DNA of 64,000 nt from an uncultured Candidatus Saccharibacteria bacterium (lineage in GTDB: Bacteria; Patescibacteriota; Doudnabacteria; UBA920; O2-02-FULL-48-8). The translations under genes were made by a program, and so were the position numbers. Of the stretch, positions 17,266 to 26,783 are shown piece after piece (the first letter of the stretch is position 1; each line of letters starts with the position of its first letter). The notes under the pieces were generated by a model, which was not told the DNA's origin, ran no database searches, and saw only the letters and a list, made by a program, of their open reading frames with translations. The stretch lies in assembly GCA_964605735.1 (NCBI GenBank), contig CAZSDS010000001.1, positions 406,559 through 470,558 of the forward strand. Direction: 5' to 3'.

Positions 17266-17802
17266 TCAGGCTTTGGGAGCGTGTTTCCACATCAGATAAA
17301 CAAAATCATTTTTGATGGGAGAATCCCAGTGACGGGCTGTATCTAGGACCCAGCGGTTACGTTTAGTTGTCAGGGTAGGGTACACCTGTTTATCACCGCA
17401 ATCCAGAAGAGAACCAAGTGCAATGATAGTCAGGCCCTTAACCTGGCTGGGTTTGATCAGGGTAGTAAGCTGGAGGAGTTTGTGCAGGTCGGCGGCAACA
17501 AAATGCGACTGGTAGAACTCGTAGCTTATGGTGCTTGCCGGGTTCGGCAATTCATACCGGAACAGCTTCAGGACCAGATGGGGCGGAACAAATTCCAGGC
17601 TCTGCCGCATTTCCCGAAAAAGCGGGAGCCTTGAGGTAATTTTCAGCTGGTGGGCCAGCCGGTGGTAGTCAGCCGGGCGTTTCATGCTGAGAGTCAGCGT
17701 CCCGCCTAATTCGGCAAGCTGAAGCTCGGAGATCCAGCTGTGCATGGTCCGAGCGACCAAAGGCATGCGTTCGCATTCCGGTCGCTTGTTCATCATGATC
17801 AT
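17266..17802 (-). CDS. Hypothetical protein
   Basis: GGGGAGG RBS before ATG at 17802. Confidence 0.6.
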   Translation of the reverse strand: MIMMNKRPECERMPLVARTMHSWISELQLAELGGTLTLSMKRPADYHRLAHQLKITSRLPLFREMRQSLEFVPPHLVLKLFRYELPNPASTISYEFYQSHFVAADLHKLLQLTTLIKPSQVKGLTIIALGSLLDCGDKQVYPTLTTKRNRWVLDTARHWDSPIKNDFVYLMWKHAPKA

Positions 17803-17899
17803 TAATGATTCCTCCCCAGGATTTTGATTTTGTATCACTGCAAACGAAAAAGAGAAGCACCATTAAATTATATATGCTTCTCGATTTCCCTGTAAAGCG

Positions 17900-18520
17900 T
17901 TAAAACCCCAGCGGTTGTTTTACGAAGATAAATCTGATCTTCCTGCCCAGAAACGCCGGATCTGCGTACATGATCAGGAGCTTGGAGAGGTTAGTGCCTG
18001 GTGCGCCAGTCGCTTTCATGCGCTTATCTTCCAGTCCAACCACGTAATTGCGCAGGCGGTCCAGGGCCTCATCCATGTTTTTTACAATTTTATGGGTTCC
18101 TACCACAAAGATCAGGTTCTGCGAGCCATACGCCACGCTCGGGATCTGACTGCCGGAGTTGGACCCAATAACGATTTCGCCGGCCTCGGTTAAGGCATGG
18201 ACACTGCCCAGGTAATATTCGGAGGACATGCTTTGCTTGCGGAGAAGCGACTGCTTTGCAGGATCTTTTTCAGCAACAATTCCTGCTTTCAGGTTTTTCC
18301 ATCCATGCTCGCCGGATCTAAGGTATTCCACGTATCCGATTTGCTCCAATGTGGTTGACGCGCCATTGGTAACGGACGCCCCAGATGGTATAAATTCCTT
18401 GATTTTAGCCAAAGCCTGTTCTGAGTTATCCACAGCCACGGATTCATAACCGTGATCAGAAAGGGACTTGATAGTTGCATTCAGCGTATCCTCAGAAGCC
18501 AAAGATGTGTATTTTTCCAT
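17900..18520 (-). CDS. LUD-domain (lactate utilization LutC-like) protein
   Basis: GASTTLEQIG, YLGSVHALTE.GEIV, VVGTHKIV...A..R. Confidence 0.85.
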   Translation of the reverse strand: MEKYTSLASEDTLNATIKSLSDHGYESVAVDNSEQALAKIKEFIPSGASVTNGASTTLEQIGYVEYLRSGEHGWKNLKAGIVAEKDPAKQSLLRKQSMSSEYYLGSVHALTEAGEIVIGSNSGSQIPSVAYGSQNLIFVVGTHKIVKNMDEALDRLRNYVVGLEDKRMKATGAPGTNLSKLLIMYADPAFLGRKIRFIFVKQPLGF

Positions 18521-18540
18521 TCGTTCTCCTTTTTTTAATT

Positions 18541-18562
18541 AATAGTTAACAAGTTAACTGTT
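18541..18562. promoter_or_regulatory. Palindromic operator (MarR site), copy 1
   Basis: AATAGTTAACAAGTTAACTGTT upstream of the LUD gene. Confidence 0.65.
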
Positions 18563-18574
18563 ATGCCAAAAAAT

Positions 18575-19072
18575 TTAGCGCCTATCCCGCTTGCCTGTTT
18601 TGCCGCAAATCTTGTCCGCACCCTTGGAATGGATCTCCAACAGCAGTTTGTCAAAACACCTTGATAAAACCTGTTGTTCTTCACGGGTCCAAATTCTAAA
18701 CAATTTGCCGAAGCGTTCATCTATAGCATCCAATCCCTGACGGAATTTCTTCATGCCCGGCTTGGTCAGGCTTAAAACGTATTCGCGCTTACTGTCCGGG
18801 TTCCTGGTCCTTGAGACGAGTCCCAGGTTGACCAGGATGTCCACCTGGCGGCTAACAGCGGCCTGGGTCTGGTCCAGCGCCCTGGCCACAAACTTTTGCG
18901 GCGCCTTTGGCTGACCGGCCAATGTCAGCAAAACCAAAAATTGCGAAAAGCCAAATCCCAAACGGTCCTGCAAAATCTGTTCTGACATTTTATCCAACAA
19001 AAAAACCGCCTTATGTATCCTGTACGTTAGTTCCTTGCTCTTGTCTGTTGTCTGATTTGTAACCGCAGGCAT
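18575..19072 (-). CDS. MarR-family transcriptional regulator
   Basis: SQFLVL...QAAVSRQVD.LV..GLV.R...D.KR...LT..G. Confidence 0.92.
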   Translation of the reverse strand: MPAVTNQTTDKSKELTYRIHKAVFLLDKMSEQILQDRLGFGFSQFLVLLTLAGQPKAPQKFVARALDQTQAAVSRQVDILVNLGLVSRTRNPDSKREYVLSLTKPGMKKFRQGLDAIDERFGKLFRIWTREEQQVLSRCFDKLLLEIHSKGADKICGKTGKRDRR

Positions 19073-19088
19073 AAATTGTTGAATTTAT

Positions 19089-19110
19089 AATAGTTTACAA
19101 GTTAACTATT
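19089..19110. promoter_or_regulatory. Palindromic operator (MarR site), copy 2, overlapping the marR promoter
   Basis: AATAGTTTACAAGTTAACTATT; covers the spacer and -10 of TTGACA-17-TAAACT on the - strand. Confidence 0.7.
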
Positions 19111-19126
19111 TACCTGTCAAGAAAAT

Positions 19127-19657
19127 TTATGCCTGGCCAGACGTATGGACACGGTTTTTCATCCAAAACAGTGTGCCTAAAACTATAATGCCGCCCAACA
19201 ACGCAAATTTCAGCATCTGCTCAGCGCCCACACTCCCCTTCACTGGCACCGTAAAGGTAACCTCAGCCAACGCATCCCCATCCTTGTCAAATCTTGCGCT
19301 CATCTCATATTCTCCGCCGGCGGGAAAACTGTAACTCATCACCGTCAAAACATCCGTCCCGGGGCTGTGCACTGCTCCGGCATAGACTACCCCGCTTTTC
19401 TGGTCAGCCACAGTGACATAAACGCTGTCGAACTCCGCCAAGTTATTCACGTCTGATTTTGGGTATAAGTTGAATTCAAACAAAGTCAGTTCATTTGGCT
19501 CAATTTCCATCCGGTTCGCGCCAATGTCAACAAAGTATTCGCCGACTGGCGCTTCATAAGTAAAACCGGTTGAATGAGCCTGAGCCAAAACAGGCGCCAG
19601 GCTCACACAAACCACAGCTGATATTGAAAGTAAAATTTTATCTGTCATTCTCATCAT
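19127..19657 (-). CDS. Secreted/membrane-anchored hypothetical protein (His at mature N-terminus)
   Basis: Signal peptide ending AQAH; C-terminal TM; TAATG overlap with doxX-like gene. Confidence 0.7.
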   Translation of the reverse strand: MMRMTDKILLSISAVVCVSLAPVLAQAHSTGFTYEAPVGEYFVDIGANRMEIEPNELTLFEFNLYPKSDVNNLAEFDSVYVTVADQKSGVVYAGAVHSPGTDVLTVMSYSFPAGGEYEMSARFDKDGDALAEVTFTVPVKGSVGAEQMLKFALLGGIIVLGTLFWMKNRVHTSGQA

Positions 19658-20112
19658 TATTTCAGCAACCAAGTTAAGCGCGGGAAGGTTCTTGTGGCCC
19701 AATTGCCAAAGCCGTACGCACTGCCTGTATTCTCCACAGAAAGCAAAATCAAGACTATCGCATAAATTATATGTTCATCAACAATGTAGGAGTTTTGCCC
19801 CACGTGCGGAAAAGTCAAAGCCGGGAAATAGTACATCATCATCAGAATTGCGCCGAGCCAGCCGCTTAAACGCACGCCTATCCCCAAAATCAACGAAATA
19901 CCAAGCAAGGTCAGCCCCCACTGATTGATAAAATCAGTGAACGGAAGGATGTTTGGATCAAGCAGGGCTTGGAAAAAGCCACTGAATGTTTTGGCGCTCC
20001 TTAAGTATCCGGCAGAGGTCCAATCCGGATTCATAACTTTGGTTATGCCCGCGTAAAACAACAACCAGCCCATTGCAACCCTCAAAACCGCAAACCATAT
20101 TTTTGATTTCAT
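19657..20112 (-). CDS. DoxX-family membrane protein
   Basis: LRVAMGWLLFYAGITK...LGISLILG...VDEH. Confidence 0.85.
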   Translation of the reverse strand: MKSKIWFAVLRVAMGWLLFYAGITKVMNPDWTSAGYLRSAKTFSGFFQALLDPNILPFTDFINQWGLTLLGISLILGIGVRLSGWLGAILMMMYYFPALTFPHVGQNSYIVDEHIIYAIVLILLSVENTGSAYGFGNWATRTFPRLTWLLK

Positions 20113-20123
20113 TTTGTTTAAAT

Positions 20124-20621
20124 TTATTTAACTAAATTGTTGTTGGTTTCAATATTTTCGTTTGTTTCAATTTTCTGCCGTTGCCTGAGCCAGTTTGCCA
20201 GGACTGAGACTGCTATTATTGTAGTCAATCCGGCGGAGATCATGCAATATTGGCAAATTGCATTAATGACGGCGAACTGCAAGTAAACCAGGTATGCGCT
20301 TGTGGCCAGCCCCGCCAAAGCTATTCCCCGAATCAGCGCAAGCAACCTTCTGTCCCCGAAAATCTGATGGTAATAAACCAGAAGGAATAGCGTGGCGTAG
20401 TACAGCGCACCGAACAAGGCCAGTGGTACGCCATAAATTGTGGCGTATTCGCTGGTTAAGACCTGCTCACAGCCATGAGTAATGGAACACTCCACAGATC
20501 CGCCTGTGTAGTGGCTGACTGTCAGGTATGTGGCATCTGCCAGGCCCAATAAGGCAATAGCCAGCAGAAAGTAATAGAATTTATTGCTGAATCTGCTGGA
20601 GGAAACTGACGATTTGTTCAT
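20124..20621 (-). CDS. Vitamin K epoxide reductase (VKOR) family protein
   Basis: C-x5-C..VL.S.YA...G.P; C-terminal ICQYC. Confidence 0.92.
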   Translation of the reverse strand: MNKSSVSSSRFSNKFYYFLLAIALLGLADATYLTVSHYTGGSVECSITHGCEQVLTSEYATIYGVPLALFGALYYATLFLLVYYHQIFGDRRLLALIRGIALAGLATSAYLVYLQFAVINAICQYCMISAGLTTIIAVSVLANWLRQRQKIETNENIETNNNLVK

Positions 20622-21213
20622 AGTTGGCTGGGAGAGAGACCTTTTGGCCGTTAACTACAAAAGTCGGGGTGGAATTGAATCCTGAAGCCACCGCCGTGCG
20701 GTAATCGGAATCGACCTTTAAGTGCACTTGATTTGAATCAACGTCGGCGACAAACCTGTTTTGGTCCATTTCCAATGCGTTTGCATACTCAACAAACTTC
20801 GGCATAGGGTCAATCATGCTGGCCCATTCAGTTTGTTTGTCGAAAAGCATGGCTTTGTATTCCCAGAACTTGCCCTGCAAGTCTGCAGCCTCTGCAGCCT
20901 GCGCGGCTTTGGTTGCGTTCGGGTGAATTTGTTTCAGCGGCAAATGCCTGTAAGAGAAATTGATCCAGTCAGAATTTTCTTCCATTAATTTCCTGATCAT
21001 TGGGTCATATGAGGCGCAAGCCGGGCACTGAAAATCCCCATATTCAATCAGCTCAACACTGGCCTGCGGATTGCCGAGCTGTCGTTCCCCTTCCTGGATG
21101 GTCGAGTCAAGGATTTCACCCTGAGGTTTTTCCTGTTTGCTGAGGAAAACCCCGCCAACTACGGCGCCAGCCACAACCAGCAAAATAATGATAGGGAGTA
21201 AAAATTTGTTCAT
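20581..21213 (-). CDS. DsbA/BdbD-like thioredoxin-fold protein
   Basis: EYGDFQCPAC; STPTF cis-Pro loop; N-terminal TM. Confidence 0.92.
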   Translation of the reverse strand: MNKFLLPIIILLVVAGAVVGGVFLSKQEKPQGEILDSTIQEGERQLGNPQASVELIEYGDFQCPACASYDPMIRKLMEENSDWINFSYRHLPLKQIHPNATKAAQAAEAADLQGKFWEYKAMLFDKQTEWASMIDPMPKFVEYANALEMDQNRFVADVDSNQVHLKVDSDYRTAVASGFNSTPTFVVNGQKVSLPANYEQIVSFLQQIQQ

Positions 21214-21301
21214 ATATGTTCAGTCTAATTATAAGTTACGAATAAAAAACGCCCAAACTTTTCTGGATCGCCAAAATGCAATATAAAATGCCTTATATTG
21301 T

Positions 21302-21700
21302 TCAGCGAAGCAGGTTTGCGCGGATTGGATGTTGTTGACGCAAAGCCAGCCAGGAATCCAGTTTCAGCCGGCTGGCGGAATCAGCGGCGTTAAGATTGCC
21401 TATTGATATTTGGGCAAAGAAAAAATTCTGTGCGGATGCATAGGACAAGCTTATTACCAAGGCCAGACCAGCGGACAGCGCAATAACCAGCGCCAGGATC
21501 GCGGTTGAAAAACCCTGGAACATGTCAGCATGCAAAATGTCCATGCCCAGGTTATGGTAACTGCCGTCGCACGGCATGCCGCCTGGAATGGTTGCGTTTA
21601 TGCATTGTGAAAACAGACTGTTGTGGTCAGTAAGCCCCATAAACCCAAACACGGCAATTGCCAGGAAGCTTGTTAAAATGTATGCGTAAAATAATTTCAT
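21302..21700 (-). CDS. Hypothetical membrane protein
   Basis: Two TM segments with Cys/His-containing loop; TTGACT-17-CATACT promoter. Confidence 0.65.
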   Translation of the reverse strand: MKLFYAYILTSFLAIAVFGFMGLTDHNSLFSQCINATIPGGMPCDGSYHNLGMDILHADMFQGFSTAILALVIALSAGLALVISLSYASAQNFFFAQISIGNLNAADSASRLKLDSWLALRQQHPIRANLLR

Positions 21701-21748
21701 GCGCCTTAAGTATGGGAACTATTAACCCAAAAGTCAAGATTGGAAAGG

Positions 21749-22567
21749 TCAGCTTAATCTCTGTCTGCTAATTTCGTACAGAACTATGGATGTGGCATTT
21801 GAGACGTTTAGCGAAGAAGCTGAACCATGCATGGGAATTTTAACCATGACGTCGCATAGCTCCTTATACGCCGCACTCAATCCCCATGTTTCATTACCGA
21901 CCAGTAAAATTGTGGGCTTTGTAAAATCACACTCTTGAATGAGCATGCTCCCCTTTTCATCTGTGGCTGCGATTTGCAGGTCTTTGTATTGCTTTCTCAA
22001 TTGCTTGATCCAGGGGAGAAGTTCTTTATGCGAGGGCAATCGGACAGTCGGCAAAGAAAACAGTGAGCCGGTTGTGGCGCTGAGAGTTTCCGGATCATAG
22101 ATGTCCACGGCGTGCCCCGTGACCACCAAACCATTCGCTCCCAATGCATCGCATGACCTGATCAGTGTACCTAAATTCCCCGGACTTGCCGGCCGGTCAA
22201 AAACCACTGTCAGAAAATTTTTGCCGGTTTTGATGCGTGACAAATCATCTTTTGCTATTGCTACGGTTGCGACCAGCTCTGAAGTTTCCTCTTTACCGCT
22301 TAATTTCTCCATCAAATTCAACGGCAACTCATAATGATGCTTGGCTTTGGAATTCTGTAAAATATCCTGCGCCCAGCTGGACAAATTCTTTTCCGGAGAA
22401 TAAATAAATGAATTGATTTGCCACCCGAAACTGATTGCATTGTTGATGTTGCGAACCCCTTCAACAAAAAACTCGCGAAGCTTGTTGCGTTTTTCACGGT
22501 TTCTTTTCAGAGTTTCGATATTCTGAAAAACATCATTTTCAGAATAAATTTTTACTGTTTTTGACAT
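21749..22567 (-). CDS. TrmH/SpoU-family RNA methyltransferase
   Basis: PGNLGTLIRS, VGNE..GL, IPM.G..SSLNVS. Confidence 0.92.
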   Translation of the reverse strand: MSKTVKIYSENDVFQNIETLKRNREKRNKLREFFVEGVRNINNAISFGWQINSFIYSPEKNLSSWAQDILQNSKAKHHYELPLNLMEKLSGKEETSELVATVAIAKDDLSRIKTGKNFLTVVFDRPASPGNLGTLIRSCDALGANGLVVTGHAVDIYDPETLSATTGSLFSLPTVRLPSHKELLPWIKQLRKQYKDLQIAATDEKGSMLIQECDFTKPTILLVGNETWGLSAAYKELCDVMVKIPMHGSASSLNVSNATSIVLYEISRQRLS

Positions 22568-23013
22568 TAATTTTTAGAAGCTAATTCTTCTCTGATTTCC
22601 ATCCACATCTTACCCATGTGATTTAATCCTTTGCCATTTTCACCATCATCCCAAAATCCATCACCTGGTGGGTATGTAAATATATGTTTAACTATTACCT
22701 TATCGCCGGATTCCAAGAGCGCTTTCTTAACATCATCATGCTGTTGAGCTTTCAATCGCATCAGCATTTTCATTACCTCTAATTTCCTTTCACGAAAATC
22801 CGGCAATTGCAAATGCTTGTATTTGGATGAAGTCTCCCAAGCCCGGACCGGGCTAGGTGCTGATAAAATCTCTTCAATTATTTTATCATCCTCATACCTT
22901 AAACACTGGTATGCGTGTTCAACAGTAGGATAGACTGTTCCATTCAGCTCAATTGCATGGGCAGTATAAGGAGAGAAATATGTATAAAATTCAACGTCGC
23001 TCAATCTGTTCAT
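22567..23013 (-). CDS. NADAR (YbiA-like) family protein
   Basis: YPTVEHAYQ...K..QH...LL.SG...DGFW..G..G.G.N.MGK.WME.R. Confidence 0.85.
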   Translation of the reverse strand: MNRLSDVEFYTYFSPYTAHAIELNGTVYPTVEHAYQCLRYEDDKIIEEILSAPSPVRAWETSSKYKHLQLPDFRERKLEVMKMLMRLKAQQHDDVKKALLESGDKVIVKHIFTYPPGDGFWDDGENGKGLNHMGKMWMEIREELASKN

Positions 23014-23065
23014 GCAATAAATATACCAAAAACCATTAGCATTAGCTATACAGGTTTGGTAAGAT

Positions 23066-23944
23066 ATGAGCATGAACATAGCTATTGTCACCGGCGGTGA
23101 AACCGGTGAACGGGAAATCTCCCTAAGATCAGCCCAAAACGTCGCAAAGAACATCGGCTTTGGGCGGTGCGAGTTGTTCGTTTTTCCTGAGGACCAGAAA
23201 ACCTTTTTGGACCGATGGAGCGAATTCGATGTAGCCATCCCAGTAATTCACGGTCTAGGCGGCGAAGACGGGCAACTGCAGACACTGTTTGAGTCACTGT
23301 CCTTGCCGTATATTTTTTCCGGCATTCAAGCACACGCAACCGGCATAGATAAAATCGCCACAAGAAAAATCGCGCGTGCTGCCGGCCTTGTTGTAGCCAA
23401 ACAGTTTTTTGAAAACCATCCATCTTTCCCTCTCTTTGCAAAACCAAGATTTGGCGGGTCCTCACTAGCCACGAAAATCTGCAACACACCAGAAGAGCTG
23501 AAGGATCTGGAGGAAGAAAATCCAGGCACTGAATTTATTTTGGAAGAACCTTTAAAGGGGCGGGAATTTACAGTCGGCGTAATCAATGAAAAAAACTCCA
23601 TTAGAGCTTTGCCGGTTATTGAAATAATTCCTAAATCAAAATTCTTTGACTTTGAGAGCAAATACGACCCAAAAAACCTGGCTCAAGAAATCTGTCCGGC
23701 GGACATCAGTCCTGAACTTACCGAACAACTGCAGGACTCAGCCATAAAAGCTCACATCAAAATCAATGCGCACCATATTTCCAGATCAGATTTCATTTAT
23801 GCCAATGACAAAATATATTTCCTTGAAATAAACACAATCCCCGGCCTGACGGATACTTCTCTGGTCCCGAAAATGCTCAAAGCAGAAAACTTGGAACTTA
23901 AGGATCTGCTGCGGACCTGGTGCGAAGAGGTGGTAAAAAAATAA
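23066..23944 (+). CDS. ddl: D-alanine--D-alanine ligase
   Basis: GG...EREISLRS, HG.GGEDG.LQ, GSS, EINTIPGLT..SL.P. Confidence 0.93.
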   Translation: MSMNIAIVTGGETGEREISLRSAQNVAKNIGFGRCELFVFPEDQKTFLDRWSEFDVAIPVIHGLGGEDGQLQTLFESLSLPYIFSGIQAHATGIDKIATRKIARAAGLVVAKQFFENHPSFPLFAKPRFGGSSLATKICNTPEELKDLEEENPGTEFILEEPLKGREFTVGVINEKNSIRALPVIEIIPKSKFFDFESKYDPKNLAQEICPADISPELTEQLQDSAIKAHIKINAHHISRSDFIYANDKIYFLEINTIPGLTDTSLVPKMLKAENLELKDLLRTWCEEVVKK

Positions 23945-23989
23945 AAAGGACTTCTTTTCAGAAATCCAAATACAAATGTAGTTACGGGA

Positions 23990-24271
23990 TCAGTTGCTCG
24001 CAAGACGGAAAGTGATTTTTCCACCAGCTCTGGCTGGAAGGTCTCCATGAACCTCGCTGTCATTCAAGCTTAGTGGATGGAACCAGAAGCCATTTCCTTT
24101 GGCAAGACAAACCCGGTAAACTGCCATGTCATCCTGGTACTTCACGTCTTGACATACACCGTGAAGGTTTCCGATAGCCGAGTACGAGTGGGCTATCTCT
24201 ATACTCTTACCCACAAGCAGCGCGCGCATTTTCGGAAGGAGCTCTTCTACGGGCATCTCACTTACATTCAT
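23990..24271 (-). CDS. Hypothetical protein
   Basis: AAGGAGG RBS; TTGACG-17-TACTTT promoter. Confidence 0.6.
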   Translation of the reverse strand: MNVSEMPVEELLPKMRALLVGKSIEIAHSYSAIGNLHGVCQDVKYQDDMAVYRVCLAKGNGFWFHPLSLNDSEVHGDLPARAGGKITFRLASN

Positions 24272-24336
24272 CCATCCCTCCTTATCAATAAAATAAAAGT
24301 AGCACTGTTGGTGCTACTCGTCAATGCTTGCGTTAT

Positions 24337-25167
24337 TTAGATTCCCGCTTTTTCTAAAACCTGCTTAGCGGCGTTTATTGGGATGGCAAAACTCACCTCT
24401 TCTCCAATAGCACTGGCCACGTTCACACCAATAGCCTGCCCTCTTTCATCAAGCAACGGTCCTCCGGAATCGCCAGGATACAGGCGTGCGCTTGTCTGGA
24501 TCAAACCGCGCATCCGCTCAATCCCGCCGGTTCGGTCTAAAACAAGCGCGCTCCTGTCCAACCCGGAAACCTCACCACTGCTGATTGAATCATTTAATTC
24601 TCCGTAAGCATTGCCGATTCCGGTAACACTCTGTCCCATCTTTACGCCCGAAGAATCAGCTAAAGTTATGGTAGGATAGTTTCCGCCAGCAAGCCCGCTT
24701 GCCGGAGTTATTTTAACAACAGCCAGGTCGTAATCAGAATCGCGGTAAACGACTTCAACCGGCACCTCGCCATCAGCCAAATCCACCGTGTAGTTGGCGC
24801 TTGTGTTTGACACCACGTGCTTGTTGGTCAATAAATACCCGTCTTGCGAAATGAAGAACCCTGTACCTGACCCCACTTGCACCGTGGTGGTGAAATTCTG
24901 CAGGAATCTTAACCTCGCATTGTTTTGGTTTCTGTAAATCGGCACTTCTTCATAGACATAAATGGGAACCACCGCCTCAGCCGCCTGGCTAAGCGAAGTC
25001 GTTTCGCCAGCTGATTCAGAAGCTTGGGTTTGGTTTATTTTTTCCCGGATAAACGCGTTGAGGGAATAAATAGAATTCTCCAGGCCAATTGACCTGTTAA
25101 TGTTCAGCACTCCAATCCCCAGCAGAATGAGCGCGGCTATATTCAAAGCGGCGAATAATTTCCTCAT
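24337..25167 (-). CDS. Trypsin-like (S1C) serine protease without PDZ domain
   Basis: GTGFFI, LTNKHVV, DLAVVK, GDSGGPL. Confidence 0.9.
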   Translation of the reverse strand: MRKLFAALNIAALILLGIGVLNINRSIGLENSIYSLNAFIREKINQTQASESAGETTSLSQAAEAVVPIYVYEEVPIYRNQNNARLRFLQNFTTTVQVGSGTGFFISQDGYLLTNKHVVSNTSANYTVDLADGEVPVEVVYRDSDYDLAVVKITPASGLAGGNYPTITLADSSGVKMGQSVTGIGNAYGELNDSISSGEVSGLDRSALVLDRTGGIERMRGLIQTSARLYPGDSGGPLLDERGQAIGVNVASAIGEEVSFAIPINAAKQVLEKAGI

Positions 25168-25330
25168 AAAAATCCTCCGTACAAAGAATATTCCCATTTA
25201 AATCAGTCACAGTAAATGTGCCATATAAACCAAAGCTAACCAATAAAAAATCACGACCGCGTTGTGCAAATCGTGATGCAGTGATGCGAGTATAACAAAA
25301 AGCACTGTTATTAGCCAGTGCTTTGTTTGT

Positions 25331-26773
25331 TTATTCGTCGTCGTCCACAGCCTTCTTCAAGTAAAACGCGCCTGCGCCTTCCGTGGCTTTGCGGTTATGG
25401 TAAATAGTGCGGGGGCTGTGCGGGATATCTTCGTCAAATCTTTTCTTCTTTTTGTCGAATTTCTTCCGTTTGTCGAACTTGTCGTTTCTATTGAACTTGT
25501 TGCGGGAAAAAGCTTTTGCTCCCCTAACCTGTTTTCTTCCATCCTGTGGTTTGCGGGATTCACCGCGGTCAGAGCGCTGGTGACGGAAATTCCTGTTATC
25601 GTTTTTTTGGCGCTGATTTGAACTCTTTGCCTCATCCAGTTTTGCGCTGGCCAAAGAAGTAGGCATCTTAGAAACATCCAAATTGCGCTTAATCAATCGC
25701 TCAATGTTACGCACTTCCCTTCTCTGATCATGTGTGGCGAAAGTGATTGCGCGGCCAGTTTTTCCAGCGCGGCCTGTTCGTCCAATACGGTGCACATAAT
25801 CCTCGGCAGTTGCCGGCAAATCGTAATTGATGACAAGCTCAATGCCAGTTACGTCAATACCACGCGCAGCAATGTCAGTGGCTACCATCACGCGGTAGCG
25901 TCCCAATTTGAATCCTTCCAAGGCATCTTTTCTCTGGCCCAAAGACCGGTTGGAGTGAATTTCTGTGGCAGTGTGCCCCATGTTCCGGATCATTCGGGCA
26001 ATATCTTTAGCCTTGTACTTTGTTCTGGAAAATACCAGGACACTTCCCTTGTACTCGTTAAGCAAAGTTTTAAGCAAATCATTTTTCTGGTTGCGGTCCA
26101 AGAAATACAATTCCTGAGTTACGGTTTTAACCGCAGTTCCTGCAGGTGCTACTTCCACGCGCAATGGCGACTTCATATATGTGTTCGCCAATTTCACAAT
26201 GTCATCCGGCATGGTTGCTGAAAACAACATTGTTTGTCTTTGCTTAGGCACTTTCTGCAAAATCTTCTCTATCTGCGGCGCAAAACCCATGTCGAGCATT
26301 CGGTCAGCTTCGTCCAGAACCAAAATCCCAACGTTATGCAAACTCAACTTGCTGTTTTGCAAGTGATCATTCAAACGTCCTGGTGTAGCCACCACTATAT
26401 TTGGGTTGTTCTTCAAAGCGCGAAGCTGTTTGCCCATGGCTTCCCCGCCGATCAACACAGCTGTGCGCAAACCAATTCCTGCCCCGATTTTGCGCAGGCT
26501 TTCGTCCACTTGGATGGCAAGTTCGCGAGTCGGCACCAGGATCAAACCCTTTTTCTGGCCTTTAAACTGGGCCAACCGCTGGATCATAGGGATGCCAAAC
26601 GCCATGGTTTTACCTGTCCCTGTCTGCGCAATACCCATTAAGTCCTGCCCTGTGATTGCCACTGGTATTGAACGCAACTGAATGGGTGTGGGCACAGTGA
26701 ATTTGTTTTTTGTAAGCAATTCTAAAAGCTTCGGTGCAATACCTAAACCGTCAAAACCCTGTTTACTTTCCAT
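25331..26773 (-). CDS. DEAD-box RNA helicase (RhlE-like)
   Basis: AQTGTGKT, PTRELA, DEAD, SAT, HRIGRTGR; basic C-terminal tail. Confidence 0.97.
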   Translation of the reverse strand: MESKQGFDGLGIAPKLLELLTKNKFTVPTPIQLRSIPVAITGQDLMGIAQTGTGKTMAFGIPMIQRLAQFKGQKKGLILVPTRELAIQVDESLRKIGAGIGLRTAVLIGGEAMGKQLRALKNNPNIVVATPGRLNDHLQNSKLSLHNVGILVLDEADRMLDMGFAPQIEKILQKVPKQRQTMLFSATMPDDIVKLANTYMKSPLRVEVAPAGTAVKTVTQELYFLDRNQKNDLLKTLLNEYKGSVLVFSRTKYKAKDIARMIRNMGHTATEIHSNRSLGQRKDALEGFKLGRYRVMVATDIAARGIDVTGIELVINYDLPATAEDYVHRIGRTGRAGKTGRAITFATHDQRREVRNIERLIKRNLDVSKMPTSLASAKLDEAKSSNQRQKNDNRNFRHQRSDRGESRKPQDGRKQVRGAKAFSRNKFNRNDKFDKRKKFDKKKKRFDEDIPHSPRTIYHNRKATEGAGAFYLKKAVDDDE

Positions 26774-26783
26774 AATTCCTTTC

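Noticed and set aside
22567-23013. NADAR as antitoxin of a DarT1 toxin-antitoxin pair
   Set aside because: No ADP-ribosyltransferase neighbour; it is coupled to an RNA methyltransferase instead
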